A DNA stretch of 64,000 nt from an uncultured bacterium (GCA_963736115.1 CAVTNR010000009.1:64001-128000), one strand, 5' to 3'; shown: positions 50,656-61,686, numbered from the stretch's first letter. Translations and numbers: made by a program. Notes: generated by a model from the sequence alone, not told the origin.

Positions 50656-53043
50656 ATGAAAAACAAATTGGGAACCGTCCTTCTCGTGTTGTCCGTGCTT
50701 GGGCTTGTCGCCATCCCCGGGAAAGCCCATGACCGGATCGAGAACGGCGTTTCCGTTCAGCCCGTCAATTTTTCGGAAACCGGCGTGAAAAAACTGATCA
50801 TTCGAGCCCTGGCAGACGACATCATTCAGATTATCCGGACCCCTTCGGATTCCGATCCGGTTCCGACAAGCCTCGTCACGGACAGCTTCAAGCCATCCGG
50901 AAACCGGATCACCGTCGAGGAACAAGGCCCCGAAATCCGTTTCAACACCGGAAAACTCATGATCCTCGTCGATTCCCGGAACGGAGAAATCACCATCCGC
51001 GATTCAAACGACGGAATCATTCTCCGGGAAGGATCCGGACGGATCATCCCCGCGGTTGTCTCAGGAGAAAAAGTCAACCATATTCAGCAGTCGTTTCAAT
51101 GGCTGGAGGGCGAGGCATTGTACGGCCTGGGCCAGCACCAGGAGGGGATATACAACTGGCGGGGTCATTACGTCGAAATGTTCCAATACAACATGAGGGC
51201 CGTGGTTCCGTTCCTGCTGTCCACGAACGGATACGGCATACTCTGGGACAATTGTTCCTATACCAAATTCAACGACACGTCCGCGGGTTCTTTCCTCTGG
51301 TCCGAAGTAGGAGGCGCGATCAGCTACTGCTTCATCTACGGGCCTGAACCGGATGCGGTCATCCGGAATTACCGGAAACTGACCGGTGACGCGCCGATGT
51401 TCCCCAGATGGGCCTACGGGTATATTCAATCGAAGGAGCGGTATCAGTCACAGCAGGAGATTCTGGACATCGCCCGGGAATACCGTGAACGCCGCATCCC
51501 GATGGACGCGGTCGTGCTGGACTGGCAGTACTGGGACGACGGACAATGGGGCCAGAAAAGCTTCAACAAGGAACGCTTCCCCGATCCTACATCCATGATC
51601 CGGACCCTCCATTCCGATTATCACACGCATTTCATGATTTCCATATGGCCGAAGATGTCGAATCGATCATCCGATTATAAAGAAATGATCAAGCATCCGG
51701 GCTTTTTGTATCCAGACAATCAGGATCCGTTTTACGACGCCTTCAATCCAAAAGCCAGGACGCTGTACTGGAAACAGGCGGAGCAGGGCCTGTTCTCGAA
51801 GGGTGTCGACGCCTGGTGGTGCGACGCCTCGGAACCCGAGCTGGACGGGTGGGATCTCAACTGCGACGCTTTCCGGACGAAAATGAAACCCTCGATAGGA
51901 TCAGGCAGCCGCTACATGAACGCTTATTCGCTGGTGCACGCGAAGGGGATTTACGAAAATCAGCGGCAAGTCACAAGCGACAAGCGCGTCGTCAATCTGA
52001 CGCGATCGGCTTTTACGGGTCAGCAGAAATACGCGGCCATCACCTGGTCCGGCGACATCACTGCGGACTGGGACGTTTTCAAGAACCAGATACCCGCGGG
52101 ATTGAATTTCTGCATGTCAGGCATACCGTACTGGACAACGGATATCGGCGCCTTTTTCATCCAATCCGCCCGCGCGGGCGGTCTCGGTACGGGCGGCTGG
52201 TTCAGGAACGGCCGTTTCGACGGGGGTACGAATGACAATGCCTACAAGGAATTGTACGTCCGGTGGTTCCAGTTCGGCGCTTTCTGTCCGATATTCAGAG
52301 CCCATGGCACGGATTTCCCGAGGGAGATATGGCGGTTCGGCGAGCCGGGAACCTGGGCCTATGACGCACTTCTGAAATTCGACAATTTAAGGTACCGGCT
52401 GATGCCCTATATTTATTCGACGGCCTGGAAGGTGACCGACGAAGGATATACGATGATGCGGGGCCTTGCCATGGATTTCGGACAGGACCCGCATGTGTTC
52501 AGTATAGACGACCAATTCATGTTCGGCCCGTCCATTCTAGTGAATCCGGTCACGCAGCCAGGCGTCACTTTTCGTCCGGTCTACCTGCCATTGGATGCGG
52601 ACTGGTATAATTTCTGGACGGGCAAGAAATATTCCGGAGGACAGACCTTTCCGGTTCCTGTTCCTGCGGACGAAATGCCGCTGTTCGTGAGAGCCGGATC
52701 CATAGTGCCGATGGGGCCCTTCATCCAGTACGCTGCTGAATCCGCGGATCCCATCGAACTGAGAATTTATCCGGGCGCGGACGGAGACTTCATCCTGTAC
52801 GAGGATGAGAACGACAATTACAACTATGAAAAGGGAGTCCGCTCCACGATACGCATGAAGTGGGACGATCAAGCCCGAAGGTTGACGATAGGGGGAAGGA
52901 AGGGAGATTTCCCGGGCATGCTCAAGAACCGGACGTTTCATGTCGTACTGGTCGGAGAAAGACGGGGAACCGGCGTCGGGATCACGCCCAATGCTGACAG
53001 GACAGTCTCCTATTCCGGGAACGAACAAACCGTAACATTTTGA
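50656..53043 (+). CDS. Glycoside hydrolase family 31 (alpha-xylosidase-like, DUF5110 C-terminus), secreted
   Basis: YGLGQHQ, VVLDWQYW, nucleophile WWCDASEP, acid/base WSGD, RWFQFGAFCP, LYEDENDNYNYE. Confidence 0.93.
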   Translation: MKNKLGTVLLVLSVLGLVAIPGKAHDRIENGVSVQPVNFSETGVKKLIIRALADDIIQIIRTPSDSDPVPTSLVTDSFKPSGNRITVEEQGPEIRFNTGKLMILVDSRNGEITIRDSNDGIILREGSGRIIPAVVSGEKVNHIQQSFQWLEGEALYGLGQHQEGIYNWRGHYVEMFQYNMRAVVPFLLSTNGYGILWDNCSYTKFNDTSAGSFLWSEVGGAISYCFIYGPEPDAVIRNYRKLTGDAPMFPRWAYGYIQSKERYQSQQEILDIAREYRERRIPMDAVVLDWQYWDDGQWGQKSFNKERFPDPTSMIRTLHSDYHTHFMISIWPKMSNRSSDYKEMIKHPGFLYPDNQDPFYDAFNPKARTLYWKQAEQGLFSKGVDAWWCDASEPELDGWDLNCDAFRTKMKPSIGSGSRYMNAYSLVHAKGIYENQRQVTSDKRVVNLTRSAFTGQQKYAAITWSGDITADWDVFKNQIPAGLNFCMSGIPYWTTDIGAFFIQSARAGGLGTGGWFRNGRFDGGTNDNAYKELYVRWFQFGAFCPIFRAHGTDFPREIWRFGEPGTWAYDALLKFDNLRYRLMPYIYSTAWKVTDEGYTMMRGLAMDFGQDPHVFSIDDQFMFGPSILVNPVTQPGVTFRPVYLPLDADWYNFWTGKKYSGGQTFPVPVPADEMPLFVRAGSIVPMGPFIQYAAESADPIELRIYPGADGDFILYEDENDNYNYEKGVRSTIRMKWDDQARRLTIGGRKGDFPGMLKNRTFHVVLVGERRGTGVGITPNADRTVSYSGNEQTVTF

Positions 53044-53096
53044 CATTCACCGCCCACGGTTTCAATGGTGGGCTGCCGGCTCCTTGTGGTCGCATA

Positions 53097-53139
53097 AAGC
53101 CTCCCGCGGGTTTTGAAAATCCGCGGGAGGCTTCTTTTT
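53097..53139. terminator. Bidirectional terminator between GH31 and AraC (CCTCCCG palindrome family)
   Basis: aagcctcccgcgggttttgaaaatccgcgggaggcttcttttt. Confidence 0.7.
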
Positions 53140-53193
53140 GACAACATCGGACTTTGGATTCGTTGGACGCGTGCGCGTCGCTACAGCCCGGTC

Positions 53194-54210
53194 TCAGAGC
53201 GGCTTCACGGGCACGCAGATGTCGATGATGTGCTTGTGCTCCGGATGCTCGGACGGGTCATTGTGGCACCACTCATAACACGGTCCGTCCGCGGGCTGAT
53301 AACCGCTCTTCGGCAGCCAGTCGCCGCACACAAAATCCCAGGCCTGCTGGAACTGGTCCTGGGAAATCTCGAAATGCGCCAGAGCATACCGGCCGGCGGG
53401 GATGTTCATCTTTCCGATCTCCCCCCCGACCGCGGTGTCCGGAGGAACGGTGATGCAGACGCTGGTCCTCAGGTTCTCCTCGTCCGTAATTTCGGGATCG
53501 TCGTGGTACACGCTGAGGCACTTCAAGTCCGGCTGAGCCATCAGACCTCTCGGCCCGGCCCATGTCATGAGTTTCGACCACAGCGATTGGAACAGTTTGG
53601 AGTTCCCCTTGTACGGCCCGATGTGCCGCACGTACGCCAACGTCATCACGGGCATGTCGCGAACCTCGACCTTCACATTTTTCGCGTTCAGCATGTTTCG
53701 TCTCCTTTTATTCTGCGGGTGGATGGGATCGTCCGGCCCGCGGGCGCCTGCGCCGGCCGTGTCGAAACCAATATACCCGCTTGAGACGAAACGATCTTTC
53801 CGGTTCTTGCGATCCGTTTTTCCGTTCTTGCTTTTCGCTTGACCGATCTTGCGAAGGCCGCGATATCCCCCAGCCCGCCAGGCGCTCGCGCTCATTCCGA
53901 AATATCCCCGGAACAGCCTCGCGAAAGGCGCGGATCCGGAAAAACCGCAATCCAGGGCTATTTCCGTGACGGACTTTTTCGGATTCGCGACCAGTATAGC
54001 TGCCGCCTTCTCGACCCGGAGCCGCTGGATGAACCGGCTCAGGGTCTCTCCCACCATGGCCCGAAAGATGCGGTGGAAGTGGAAGGGGGAGAAGTTCGCG
54101 ACTTCGGCGAGTTCGTTCAGCCGCAGGGGCCTGTCGAGGTGAATCTGGATGTAATCCATGACGCGGTTGATCCGCGCCCGGTAATCCTCTTCATGGATGG
54201 AAAGGTTCAT
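53194..54210 (-). CDS. AraC family transcriptional regulator with C-terminal GyrI-like effector domain
   Basis: LAEVANFSPFHFHRIF, VTEIALDCGFS HTH; GyrI-like AYVRHIGPY, YHDDPEIT, IPAGRYA, WLPKSGY. Confidence 0.93.
   Translation of the reverse strand: MNLSIHEEDYRARINRVMDYIQIHLDRPLRLNELAEVANFSPFHFHRIFRAMVGETLSRFIQRLRVEKAAAILVANPKKSVTEIALDCGFSGSAPFARLFRGYFGMSASAWRAGGYRGLRKIGQAKSKNGKTDRKNRKDRFVSSGYIGFDTAGAGARGPDDPIHPQNKRRRNMLNAKNVKVEVRDMPVMTLAYVRHIGPYKGNSKLFQSLWSKLMTWAGPRGLMAQPDLKCLSVYHDDPEITDEENLRTSVCITVPPDTAVGGEIGKMNIPAGRYALAHFEISQDQFQQAWDFVCGDWLPKSGYQPADGPCYEWCHNDPSEHPEHKHIIDICVPVKPL
53692..53852 (-). promoter_or_regulatory. Putative intragenic AraC-activated promoter with internal RBS and ATG
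   Basis: GCAAGA x3 at 21-bp spacing (53847, 53826, 53805); TATATT at 53770-53775; AAAAGGAGA at 53701-53709; in-frame ATG at 53694. Confidence 0.55.
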
Positions 54211-54259
54211 GCGTTGATTCCCTTGGGCTTGTCGAGTATACTGATGCGGGACGGTTAAT

Positions 54260-54330
54260 ATTTATTGAAACCGATGAATCGGTTTCAATACATTCCCAAT
54301 CCTTCGCCCACGACTGAAGTCGTGGGCTGC
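54260..54330. repeat. IS200/IS605-end-like hairpins
   Basis: tattgaaaccgatgaatcggtttcaata and gcccacgactgaagtcgtgggc; related gcccacggtttcaatggtgggc at 53052. Confidence 0.5.
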
Positions 54331-54417
54331 AATCATGACGACCGACCGCAAGCTCAGAAGAGAAGCCTCCCAAGGATTTTCCAAACCAATAGGAGGCTTC
54401 GTGTATTTACATAAACG

Positions 54418-54450
54418 AAAAAAGGATCAATGACTGATTGATCCTTTTTT
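54418..54450 (-). terminator. Terminator downstream of tRNA-Met
   Basis: aaaaaaggatcaatgactgattgatcctttttt. Confidence 0.8.
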
Positions 54451-54455
54451 CTTCG

Positions 54456-54528
<73 letters not shown>

Positions 54529-54547
54529 ATCGTTGTAAAGCCTATAC

Positions 54548-54575
54548 AGTATAACGTTTTTTGCCCAAAAGTCAA
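54548..54575 (-). promoter_or_regulatory. Sigma-70 promoter of tRNA-Met
   Basis: TTGACT-N16-TATACT. Confidence 0.7.
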
Positions 54576-54648
54576 GCCCTAATTTGCATTTTCCCGGTTT
54601 TTACCCCCATAACGGGCTTTCCGGACGGGAAAACCGGACGCAGGCGGT

Positions 54649-57600
54649 TCAGGCGGCCGCAACCTGGGCCGGTCTGGGCATTTCCTCATCCTCCCATTTC
54701 ACGGACACGAGTTTCGACACGCCCTCCTCCTCCATGGTCACTCCGTACATCGCCTGGGCGCACCGCATGGTCCGCTTGTTGTGCGTGACTATGACGAACT
54801 GGGTTTTTTTCGCGTACTCCGCAAGCGCGCTGGTGAACCTTTCCACATTGGCGTCGTCAAGCGGGGCGTCGATTTCGTCCAGGATGCAGAAGGGGCTGGG
54901 CTTGACCTCATACATGGCGAACAGAAGGGAGATCGCGGTCAGCGCCTTTTCGCCTCCGGACAACAGGTCAAGCGCGCGCAGTTGTTTTCCAGCCGGCCGG
55001 GCCAGGATCTCGATCTGGGCATCGAGTACGTCCTCGCCTTCCGCCATCCGCAGATCCGCCTCCCCGCCCTGGAAGAAACGGGAGAACGTCTGCCTGAAAT
55101 TGACGCGGACCTGGTCGAAGACCTCCTGGAACCGCTGGCGCGCCGTCTCATTGATCTTGGTGATGGTTTCCTTGAGCGTCCCCTCCGCGGAGAGCAGGTC
55201 CTCCCGCTGTTGAAGCAGAAAATCGAGCCGAGCCTTCTGCTGCTCGTACTCCTGGAGCGCGGCGATGTTCACCGGACCCAGGTTCTTGATCCGCCGCTTC
55301 ATGTCCTCAATGCCCTTTTCGGCCTCTTCCAGCACGAATGGATCGGGACACGACAGCTTTTCAAGCTCGACGCCGAAGTTCTCCCACAGATGGTTCCGCA
55401 GCGTCAGCACCTGGTGCTCGATCTCTGAAATTTCCATCTGCAGACCGTGTATCTTCTCCGACACTTCCTCCCGGTCGCGCCGGACCTGCCGCACTTCCTT
55501 TTCCTTGGTTTCGAGGGCTTCCCTCAACGCCTGGAATTCCTCCTCGCGCCGCCGCTTCTCGGCCTCCTTGTCTTCCTTCTCCTGAAGCTGTTCGAGCAGG
55601 CGCTGTTCGATGCCGGCCGTCTCTTCCGTGAGCCGCCGGATGTCGGCATCGGCCTGGGCGGTCTCGACGCCCCGCTGGGTGATGGTGGCCTCGATTTCGG
55701 CGAGCAGTTTCTTCGAGCGCTCGATGTCGTAATCGAGATTCTGGGCCTCTCCGTTGTGCCGGACCACCGCGATGTTGAGCCGGTGGACCTCCTCCTCCAT
55801 TTTCTTGCCATCGCCCTCCAGCCGCTCCACCTCGGTCTGGATGTGGGCCGCCAGCGTCTCGTTGCGCTCCCGGTCCTCGAGCAGAGACTGAACGCGGGGC
55901 CGCAGGCCCTCGAGCAGATCGCGTCCCTTCTCGAGCTCCTTCAGCAGTTTGCCGCGCTCCTCCGAATTCCGCTGTAATCCGTCCTGGGCCTTTTCGCCTT
56001 CGACCTGGGTTTTGGTGCGCTGTTTTTCCACAGTGAGAATGCGCGTCTCGAGCTCCCGGACGGACTGCTCGGCGTGTTCGCGCTCCTTCTGGAGTTCGCC
56101 GATACGCGATTCCATCTCCCCCATGCGCTTCTCCGCCTCGGCGTTCTGCCGGACGATGCCGGCGATCCGCTCCTCCAGCTCGGCAATACGCTGCCTGCGG
56201 CCGACGAGGCTCGTGTCCTGCGTGGTGGTCGGATTGTTCTCCAGCACGCCCCAGTCGCTGACCAGCTCGCCCTCGAGCGTGGCCGCGCGGATGCCCAGCC
56301 CGGCCATGGCTTCAATGGACTGTTTCGCGGAATCGAGGTCCCGGACGATGAGCAGGTCGGACAGGAGCAACTGGGCCAGGCTTCGGACCGCGGGATCGAA
56401 ACGCACGAGTTCATCCGCCCAGCCGATGGCTGATGCGCCTTCCGGAAGTTCCGGATGGGGCCTGGGCGCGGGCGCTTTGGAAATACGGTCCAGGGACACC
56501 AGGGCCGCGCGTCCGCCGCCGCCCCGCTTCAGCCGCTCAAGCGCTGAAACCGCCCTGCCGAAATCACTGAACACCACGTAACGGGCCGCCTCACCTAAAC
56601 CGATTTCCACCGCGGGCCTGTATTCCGGGGCCGTTTCGATGAGGTCCGCGAGGACGCCCACCAGGCCTTCGGGATTCTGCTCGAGCAGGCGCTTGGACCC
56701 GTCGCTCATGCCCTCCCGGCTCTCGATGATGTGCTGAATGAAGTTCTTCCGACCCTGAAGATTGTCGAGTTCGCCCTGGTCGCGGAAATACTGCTCCTTG
56801 GCCGCCTCGAGCGACTTGCGGCCGCGTTCAATCTCCTCCGCAGCGCGTTCCATCGCCGCCCGGACCTGGCCGCGCTGATCGGACAAGGCGCTGAAGTCGG
56901 TTTCAACCACCGTGTGGCTTTCGTGAACCCGGGACTGGTCGTTCCGGAAGGCGGCATCCTCCTCGTCCAGCCGCTCAAGCCGTCCCCGGTTGTTGTCCAT
57001 GCGCGCCCGGTGCTGAGTCTCCTCATTGTTGAGGCGGCTCACTTCCTCCAGGCAGCCGATGATCTCCTGCTTCTTCTTGTTGAGATCCAGCCGCTTGAGG
57101 TTCAGGCCCTGCTGGAACACATCGAGTTCCATTTTCTTGTTGTTGAAGAGGCGGCCGGTGCTCGTGATCCTGACCTGCAGGGCCTCTCGTTCGGCCGCGG
57201 CCCTTTCGAGGTGGGTTTTCTGCTCCTCGCGTCGCTGGACGAGGCTCTCCACTTCCTGGCCGTACCGGGTGATGCGGTCCTTCAGTCCTTCGATGCGCTC
57301 GCGGCCCACGCGAAGATCCGTCTCTCCGCGGTGGAGGGTTTCGGTCAGGGCGGTCAAAATTTCCTGCGCGGCGACAAACGCCTTCTCCCGCGCGGTCAGT
57401 TCGAGCCGCACGCTCTCGAGATCCGCCTCCTCCCGGGATATTTCGGTCGTGCTGCCCTCCTTGCGGCGCTGGCAGTCGTCGATCGCCGCGCGAAGCGGCT
57501 CCTCCCGGTTCCGGAACTGGCGGAGCAGGTATCCGCCGCGGTCCAGCTCGAACGCCTTCAGCCGCTCCTCGAGCACCTGATAATGCCGTGCCTTCTGCAC

Positions 57601-58224
57601 CTGTCGGCCCAGCGATCGCACCGTCCGGTCGATTTCGCCGATGATGTCGTTCACCCGGAGCAGGTCCTGCTGGGTGGCTTCGAGCTTGCGTATGGCCGCC
57701 TTGAGGCGGTGCTTGTATTTCGTGACTCCGGCGGCCTCCTCGATGAGTTTACGCCGGTCCTCCGCCTTCTCGCTGATGATGTCCTCGACCATCTTGAGCT
57801 CGATCACGGAGTACATGCCCGTTCCGATACCCGTGTCCATGATCAGGTCATGCACGTCCTTGAGACGGACCTGGGACTTGTTCAGCAGGTATTCACTCTC
57901 GCCGGACCGGTACAGCCGGCGGGTGATGATCACTTCCTTGTAGTCGATGGGGAGCAGGTGCGCCGAATTGTCGAAGGTGAGAGAAACCTCGGCCATACCG
58001 AGCGGCCGGGAAGACTGGGCGCCTCCGAAAATGACGTTCTCCATCCGGTCGGCGCGGAGTACGGAATAGCGCTGTTCGCCGAGCCCCCAACGGAGAGCAT
58101 CCACGATATTGGTTTTACCACAGCCGTTCGGTCCCACCACGGCGGTGATGCGGCCGTCGAAACGCAGTTCCGTCTTGCGGGCAAACGATTTGAATCCGAG
58201 GATGTCGATCTTCGATAATATCAT
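54649..58224 (-). CDS. smc: Chromosome segregation protein SMC
   Basis: [14 protein letters not shown], coiled coils, hinge, [16 protein letters not shown]; start ATG 58224. Confidence 0.96.
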   Translation of the reverse strand: MILSKIDILGFKSFARKTELRFDGRITAVVGPNGCGKTNIVDALRWGLGEQRYSVLRADRMENVIFGGAQSSRPLGMAEVSLTFDNSAHLLPIDYKEVIITRRLYRSGESEYLLNKSQVRLKDVHDLIMDTGIGTGMYSVIELKMVEDIISEKAEDRRKLIEEAAGVTKYKHRLKAAIRKLEATQQDLLRVNDIIGEIDRTVRSLGRQVQKARHYQVLEERLKAFELDRGGYLLRQFRNREEPLRAAIDDCQRRKEGSTTEISREEADLESVRLELTAREKAFVAAQEILTALTETLHRGETDLRVGRERIEGLKDRITRYGQEVESLVQRREEQKTHLERAAAEREALQVRITSTGRLFNNKKMELDVFQQGLNLKRLDLNKKKQEIIGCLEEVSRLNNEETQHRARMDNNRGRLERLDEEDAAFRNDQSRVHESHTVVETDFSALSDQRGQVRAAMERAAEEIERGRKSLEAAKEQYFRDQGELDNLQGRKNFIQHIIESREGMSDGSKRLLEQNPEGLVGVLADLIETAPEYRPAVEIGLGEAARYVVFSDFGRAVSALERLKRGGGGRAALVSLDRISKAPAPRPHPELPEGASAIGWADELVRFDPAVRSLAQLLLSDLLIVRDLDSAKQSIEAMAGLGIRAATLEGELVSDWGVLENNPTTTQDTSLVGRRQRIAELEERIAGIVRQNAEAEKRMGEMESRIGELQKEREHAEQSVRELETRILTVEKQRTKTQVEGEKAQDGLQRNSEERGKLLKELEKGRDLLEGLRPRVQSLLEDRERNETLAAHIQTEVERLEGDGKKMEEEVHRLNIAVVRHNGEAQNLDYDIERSKKLLAEIEATITQRGVETAQADADIRRLTEETAGIEQRLLEQLQEKEDKEAEKRRREEEFQALREALETKEKEVRQVRRDREEVSEKIHGLQMEISEIEHQVLTLRNHLWENFGVELEKLSCPDPFVLEEAEKGIEDMKRRIKNLGPVNIAALQEYEQQKARLDFLLQQREDLLSAEGTLKETITKINETARQRFQEVFDQVRVNFRQTFSRFFQGGEADLRMAEGEDVLDAQIEILARPAGKQLRALDLLSGGEKALTAISLLFAMYEVKPSPFCILDEIDAPLDDANVERFTSALAEYAKKTQFVIVTHNKRTMRCAQAMYGVTMEEEGVSKLVSVKWEDEEMPRPAQVAAA

Positions 58225-58315
58225 GACGAACGGCCGATTCCTTATTGAGAATAAAAATCCCCCTGCGGGAATGATTGGGAGGGGGTATGAGATGGTCCGG
58301 TCGGAAAATCTGTTA

Positions 58316-58344
58316 AATATACCCATTCGTCAAAACGTTGTCAA
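58316..58344 (-). promoter_or_regulatory. Sigma-70 promoter of smc
   Basis: TTGACA-N17-TATATT. Confidence 0.7.
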
Positions 58345-58874
58345 GGGAAATGTTCCCATGAAAAACAGGGTTTTCAAAGGATTTACGTTCACGAAATCGA
58401 TTTCGAAACTTCGCTGCACCCTTCTCTCAGGTTATGTTAAATAATCAGCATAAAATCAGCCTGATCGGCCCGATTTTACTGCTTTCACGATTCTCCAGGC
58501 TTCTATCAAGGGCCGCCGGATTATACAAAAAGGGTTGCTTTTGTGACGGGAATTCTCTAAGTTAATCCCAATAGGGACAATAATTTGTTGTTGAAGGATG
58601 GAAAATAAGAATATATCTTTAATTCTATTCGCTTTGCAGGATTCGCCGGTCATAATCCCGGGACCCTGTCCGGACTGTTTTAACCCCCATTCCTGCGACA
58701 GCACCATTTCCGGCAACCGGAAGTCCCGCTTCACCTCCTTCAATAACCCTGTTTTTCATGATCCTATATACGCAATGACTGTCGATGAAATCAATCCGCT
58801 TCCGACACCGCGATCACTTAAGCTCGGCATCCGACTCAGCCTGAAAACGCCGGCAGAAAGGGCGGAAACCCGGC

Positions 58875-60095
58875 ATGGACGCTGAGGCGCTGGCCGCCAT
58901 GCGCGACGCGGTTCGCCGGGAACTGCTCGGCAATATCCTGCCGTTCTGGATGCGGCACGCGCCGGATCCCGTGCGGGACGGTTTCCGCGGCCGCGTTTCG
59001 AACGATCTTGTGCCGGACGACGCGGCGCCGCGAGGACTGATTGTCAATGCGCGCATTCTGTGGACCTTCTCCGCCGCGCACCGCGTCCACCCCGATCCCG
59101 CCTTCCTGGACATGGCCGATCGAGCGGCCGACGCGCTGATGACCGGTTTCTGGGATACCGACAAAGGCGGCGCATTCTGGATGCTGAACCCGGACGGTTC
59201 GCCTTTCGATCCAAAGAAGAAAATATACGGCCAGGCCTTTTTCATTTACGCCCTGGCCGAATATGTCCGGACCACCGGTGACGCAGCTGCCCTGGAACGC
59301 GGACGGGAGGCATTCGGCCTGGTCGAGCGGCACGGTTATGACCATGCGAACACCGGATATTTCGAGACGTACGAGCGGGACTGGACACTCGCCGCGGACC
59401 TTCGGCTGAGCGCCAAGGACCTCAACGAGGCCAAATCCATGAACACCCACCTCCATCTGATGGAGGCGTACGCCAACCTCTACCGGGTCTGGAAGGACGG
59501 CTTCCTGGCCGGTCGTCTGAGGCAGCTCATCCTCAATTTCAGGGACCGGATCATCGACCGCGAAAAGAACCGGATGATCTGTTTCTTCAACGAAACCTGG
59601 GAGCCCCGCTCCGGTTTGATCTCATTCGGTCACGACATCGAGGCGAGCTGGCTTCTGTGCGAAGCCGCCGACACCCTGGACGACCCGGCTCTATCCGGAG
59701 AGATCCGCGCCATCGCGATTCGGATGGCCGAAGCGGTATACAACCATGGCCGCGACCTGGACGGCAGCCTTTGGTACGAGGCGGACCCCTCCGGCATCGT
59801 CGATTTCGACAAGCACTTCTGGGTGCAGGCCGAGGCTGTCGTGGGTTTTCTCAACGCCTTTCTGCTGTCCGGCGACGGCCGGTACCTCGAAGCTTCGCGC
59901 CTGGCCTGGATTTTCATCGACCGGCACCTGGTCGACCGCACCTACGGAGACTGGGTCTATAGGGTGGACCGGAACGGGAATCCGGCCGGAGACGAGCCCA
60001 AAATATCGGAATGGAAATGTCCCTATCATTCCGGCCGCATGTGCCTCGAAGCAGAGGAGCGCCTGGGCCGGATACTGGAAGGAATCCGCGGGTGA
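58875..60095 (+). CDS. AGE family epimerase, cellobiose 2-epimerase-like
   Basis: NARILWTFS, YGQAFFIY, SMNTHLHLME, SFGHDIE, WVQAE, WKCPYH. Confidence 0.92.
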   Translation: MDAEALAAMRDAVRRELLGNILPFWMRHAPDPVRDGFRGRVSNDLVPDDAAPRGLIVNARILWTFSAAHRVHPDPAFLDMADRAADALMTGFWDTDKGGAFWMLNPDGSPFDPKKKIYGQAFFIYALAEYVRTTGDAAALERGREAFGLVERHGYDHANTGYFETYERDWTLAADLRLSAKDLNEAKSMNTHLHLMEAYANLYRVWKDGFLAGRLRQLILNFRDRIIDREKNRMICFFNETWEPRSGLISFGHDIEASWLLCEAADTLDDPALSGEIRAIAIRMAEAVYNHGRDLDGSLWYEADPSGIVDFDKHFWVQAEAVVGFLNAFLLSGDGRYLEASRLAWIFIDRHLVDRTYGDWVYRVDRNGNPAGDEPKISEWKCPYHSGRMCLEAEERLGRILEGIRG

Positions 60096-60216
60096 AGCGC
60101 ATCAGAAGGAGAACGCTTCAGCGGACTGGGAATTGAACCATTAACCGTTGTCCCGGGCGGCCTTCAGGCACCCCGTGGACGAAACGATTCAATACAAAAT
60201 AGGAGTTATACGCATC

Positions 60217-61152
60217 ATGGCTTCAGAATTTCCCGGCACCCGCCGGACCGAATCCGCGGGCTACACCGACTGTCTGGTTCTCGAAAATGCCGAAGCGCGC
60301 GTGGTTCTCGGGCATCAGTCGGGAGGCCGCGTCCTGGAATACGCCCTCAACGGGCAGAACGTGATTTATCTGGATCCGGAGCAGAACGGAAAGACCTGGA
60401 AAACAGGCGATCCGCCGTACCACCCGAGGGGCGGCCGGTTCGACATCGGGCCGGAGAAACTCATGCCCCCGCATCCCGCGCTGTGGATCGGGGAATGGTC
60501 GTCCGCTGCCACCGGGCCCCGGACCGGCCGGATGATGAGCGTCGTGGATCCGGACACGGGCATTCAGATCATCCGCGACTTCAAGCTGGACGAAGACTCT
60601 TCCCGGCTGTCCTGCCGCCAGACTATGATGAACAAATCAAAGACCGCCGTGGCCCGTCTCTGCCATTGGGGAAGAACCCTGGTGACGGGCGGCGGCATCG
60701 TCGTCATGCCCCTCGGCGAATACAGCCGGTTCCCGAAAAAGTACGTGCTGTACGGCCCGGACGATTCCATTCTGTTCAATCCGTCCGATCCCAACGTGCG
60801 CGAACGCGACGGATACCTGGAAATCCTCGGACCGCCGAAGCATCCCAAAACCGGCATGGATTCGGCCGAGGGCTGGCTCGCCTGCCTGATGCCCCAGAAC
60901 CTGATGTTCCTGAAAAGCTACGCGACCTACCCGGAGCGCGGCTACAATGAAATCGCGGGGCTCACCGTGTCGGTCTGGATGCCCGCGGACGGAAACATGA
61001 TCGAACTCGAGCCCATCGGACCGATGGAAACGCTGAAACCCGGCCAGTCCGCCGTATTCGAGGAGGAATGGTGGCTGGTTCCGTTCGAGTTCCCGCAGGA
61101 CCGGAACGTCGACCTCGCATCCCTTGAAGAGGCCGTGCAGAACGAACTCTGA
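60217..61152 (+). CDS. Hypothetical protein (DUF4380 / galactose mutarotase-like)
   Basis: GGRVLEY, GGRFDIGPE, ELEPIGP; AGGAG RBS before ATG 60217. Confidence 0.65.
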   Translation: MASEFPGTRRTESAGYTDCLVLENAEARVVLGHQSGGRVLEYALNGQNVIYLDPEQNGKTWKTGDPPYHPRGGRFDIGPEKLMPPHPALWIGEWSSAATGPRTGRMMSVVDPDTGIQIIRDFKLDEDSSRLSCRQTMMNKSKTAVARLCHWGRTLVTGGGIVVMPLGEYSRFPKKYVLYGPDDSILFNPSDPNVRERDGYLEILGPPKHPKTGMDSAEGWLACLMPQNLMFLKSYATYPERGYNEIAGLTVSVWMPADGNMIELEPIGPMETLKPGQSAVFEEEWWLVPFEFPQDRNVDLASLEEAVQNEL

Positions 61153-61322
61153 CCGGTTCAGCCCGGCTCCGTTCGGAAGGGGCCGTCCGCAGGCCGCCGG
61201 TTCAGCAACCGGTCCTGGGGACGGCCCCGCACGTCCGGATCTTCTGCGCTTTTCCCCGATTGCGCCACCTCCCGCCTACCCTCTGAGAGTCACCATGACC
61301 GACGGAATCCTCATCCGGCCGA

Positions 61323-61482
61323 TTGAAGCTCCCCGCCGCAAGCGGCGGGGATTCTTCTATCTGTAAAGAAAAGACATTTTATATTCGCTCGCTAACCCCG
61401 GGGCCCGCTACGCGGGATCAAGCTATTATATGTCTTTTTGTTGAAGACAAACCCCGGGGAATGCGCTCGCTGTCAGATTCGC
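61323..61482 (+). mobile_element. Hairpin MITE/PATE-like element with the nested module in its second hairpin
   Basis: ttgaagctccccgccgcaagcggcgggga...tattcgctcgctaacccc[module]ggggaatgcgctcgctgtcagattc; removing 155 bp restores the GNAT frame. Confidence 0.8.
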
Positions 61483-61686
61483 AGAACGGACGTGCCTTCC
61501 TTCAGGGAACTGCTGGACGCCGTATGCCGCGAAAGACGGCATCTCGCCTTTACGGAGGCGCCGCCGCTGGCTGATGGGTACCGGTATGTGACAGACGGGA
61601 TGCGGAAAAAGGACGTACAGATTGTGGCCCTGGCCGGGGTCGAGATTGCGGGATGGTGCGATGTGACGCGGATGGACTTGCCCGGG

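Noticed and set aside
54649-58224. Wadjet/MksBEF-type defence SMC
   Set aside because: Canonical housekeeping SMC with a hinge and its own promoter; no jetABD neighbours.
58456-58885. Small ORFs in the smc/epimerase divergent region
   Set aside because: No motifs, atypical composition, and overlapping on both strands; probably promoter DNA.
61323-61574. 83-aa ORF MKLPAASGGDSS...
   Set aside because: Translation of the MITE sequence; not a credible protein.
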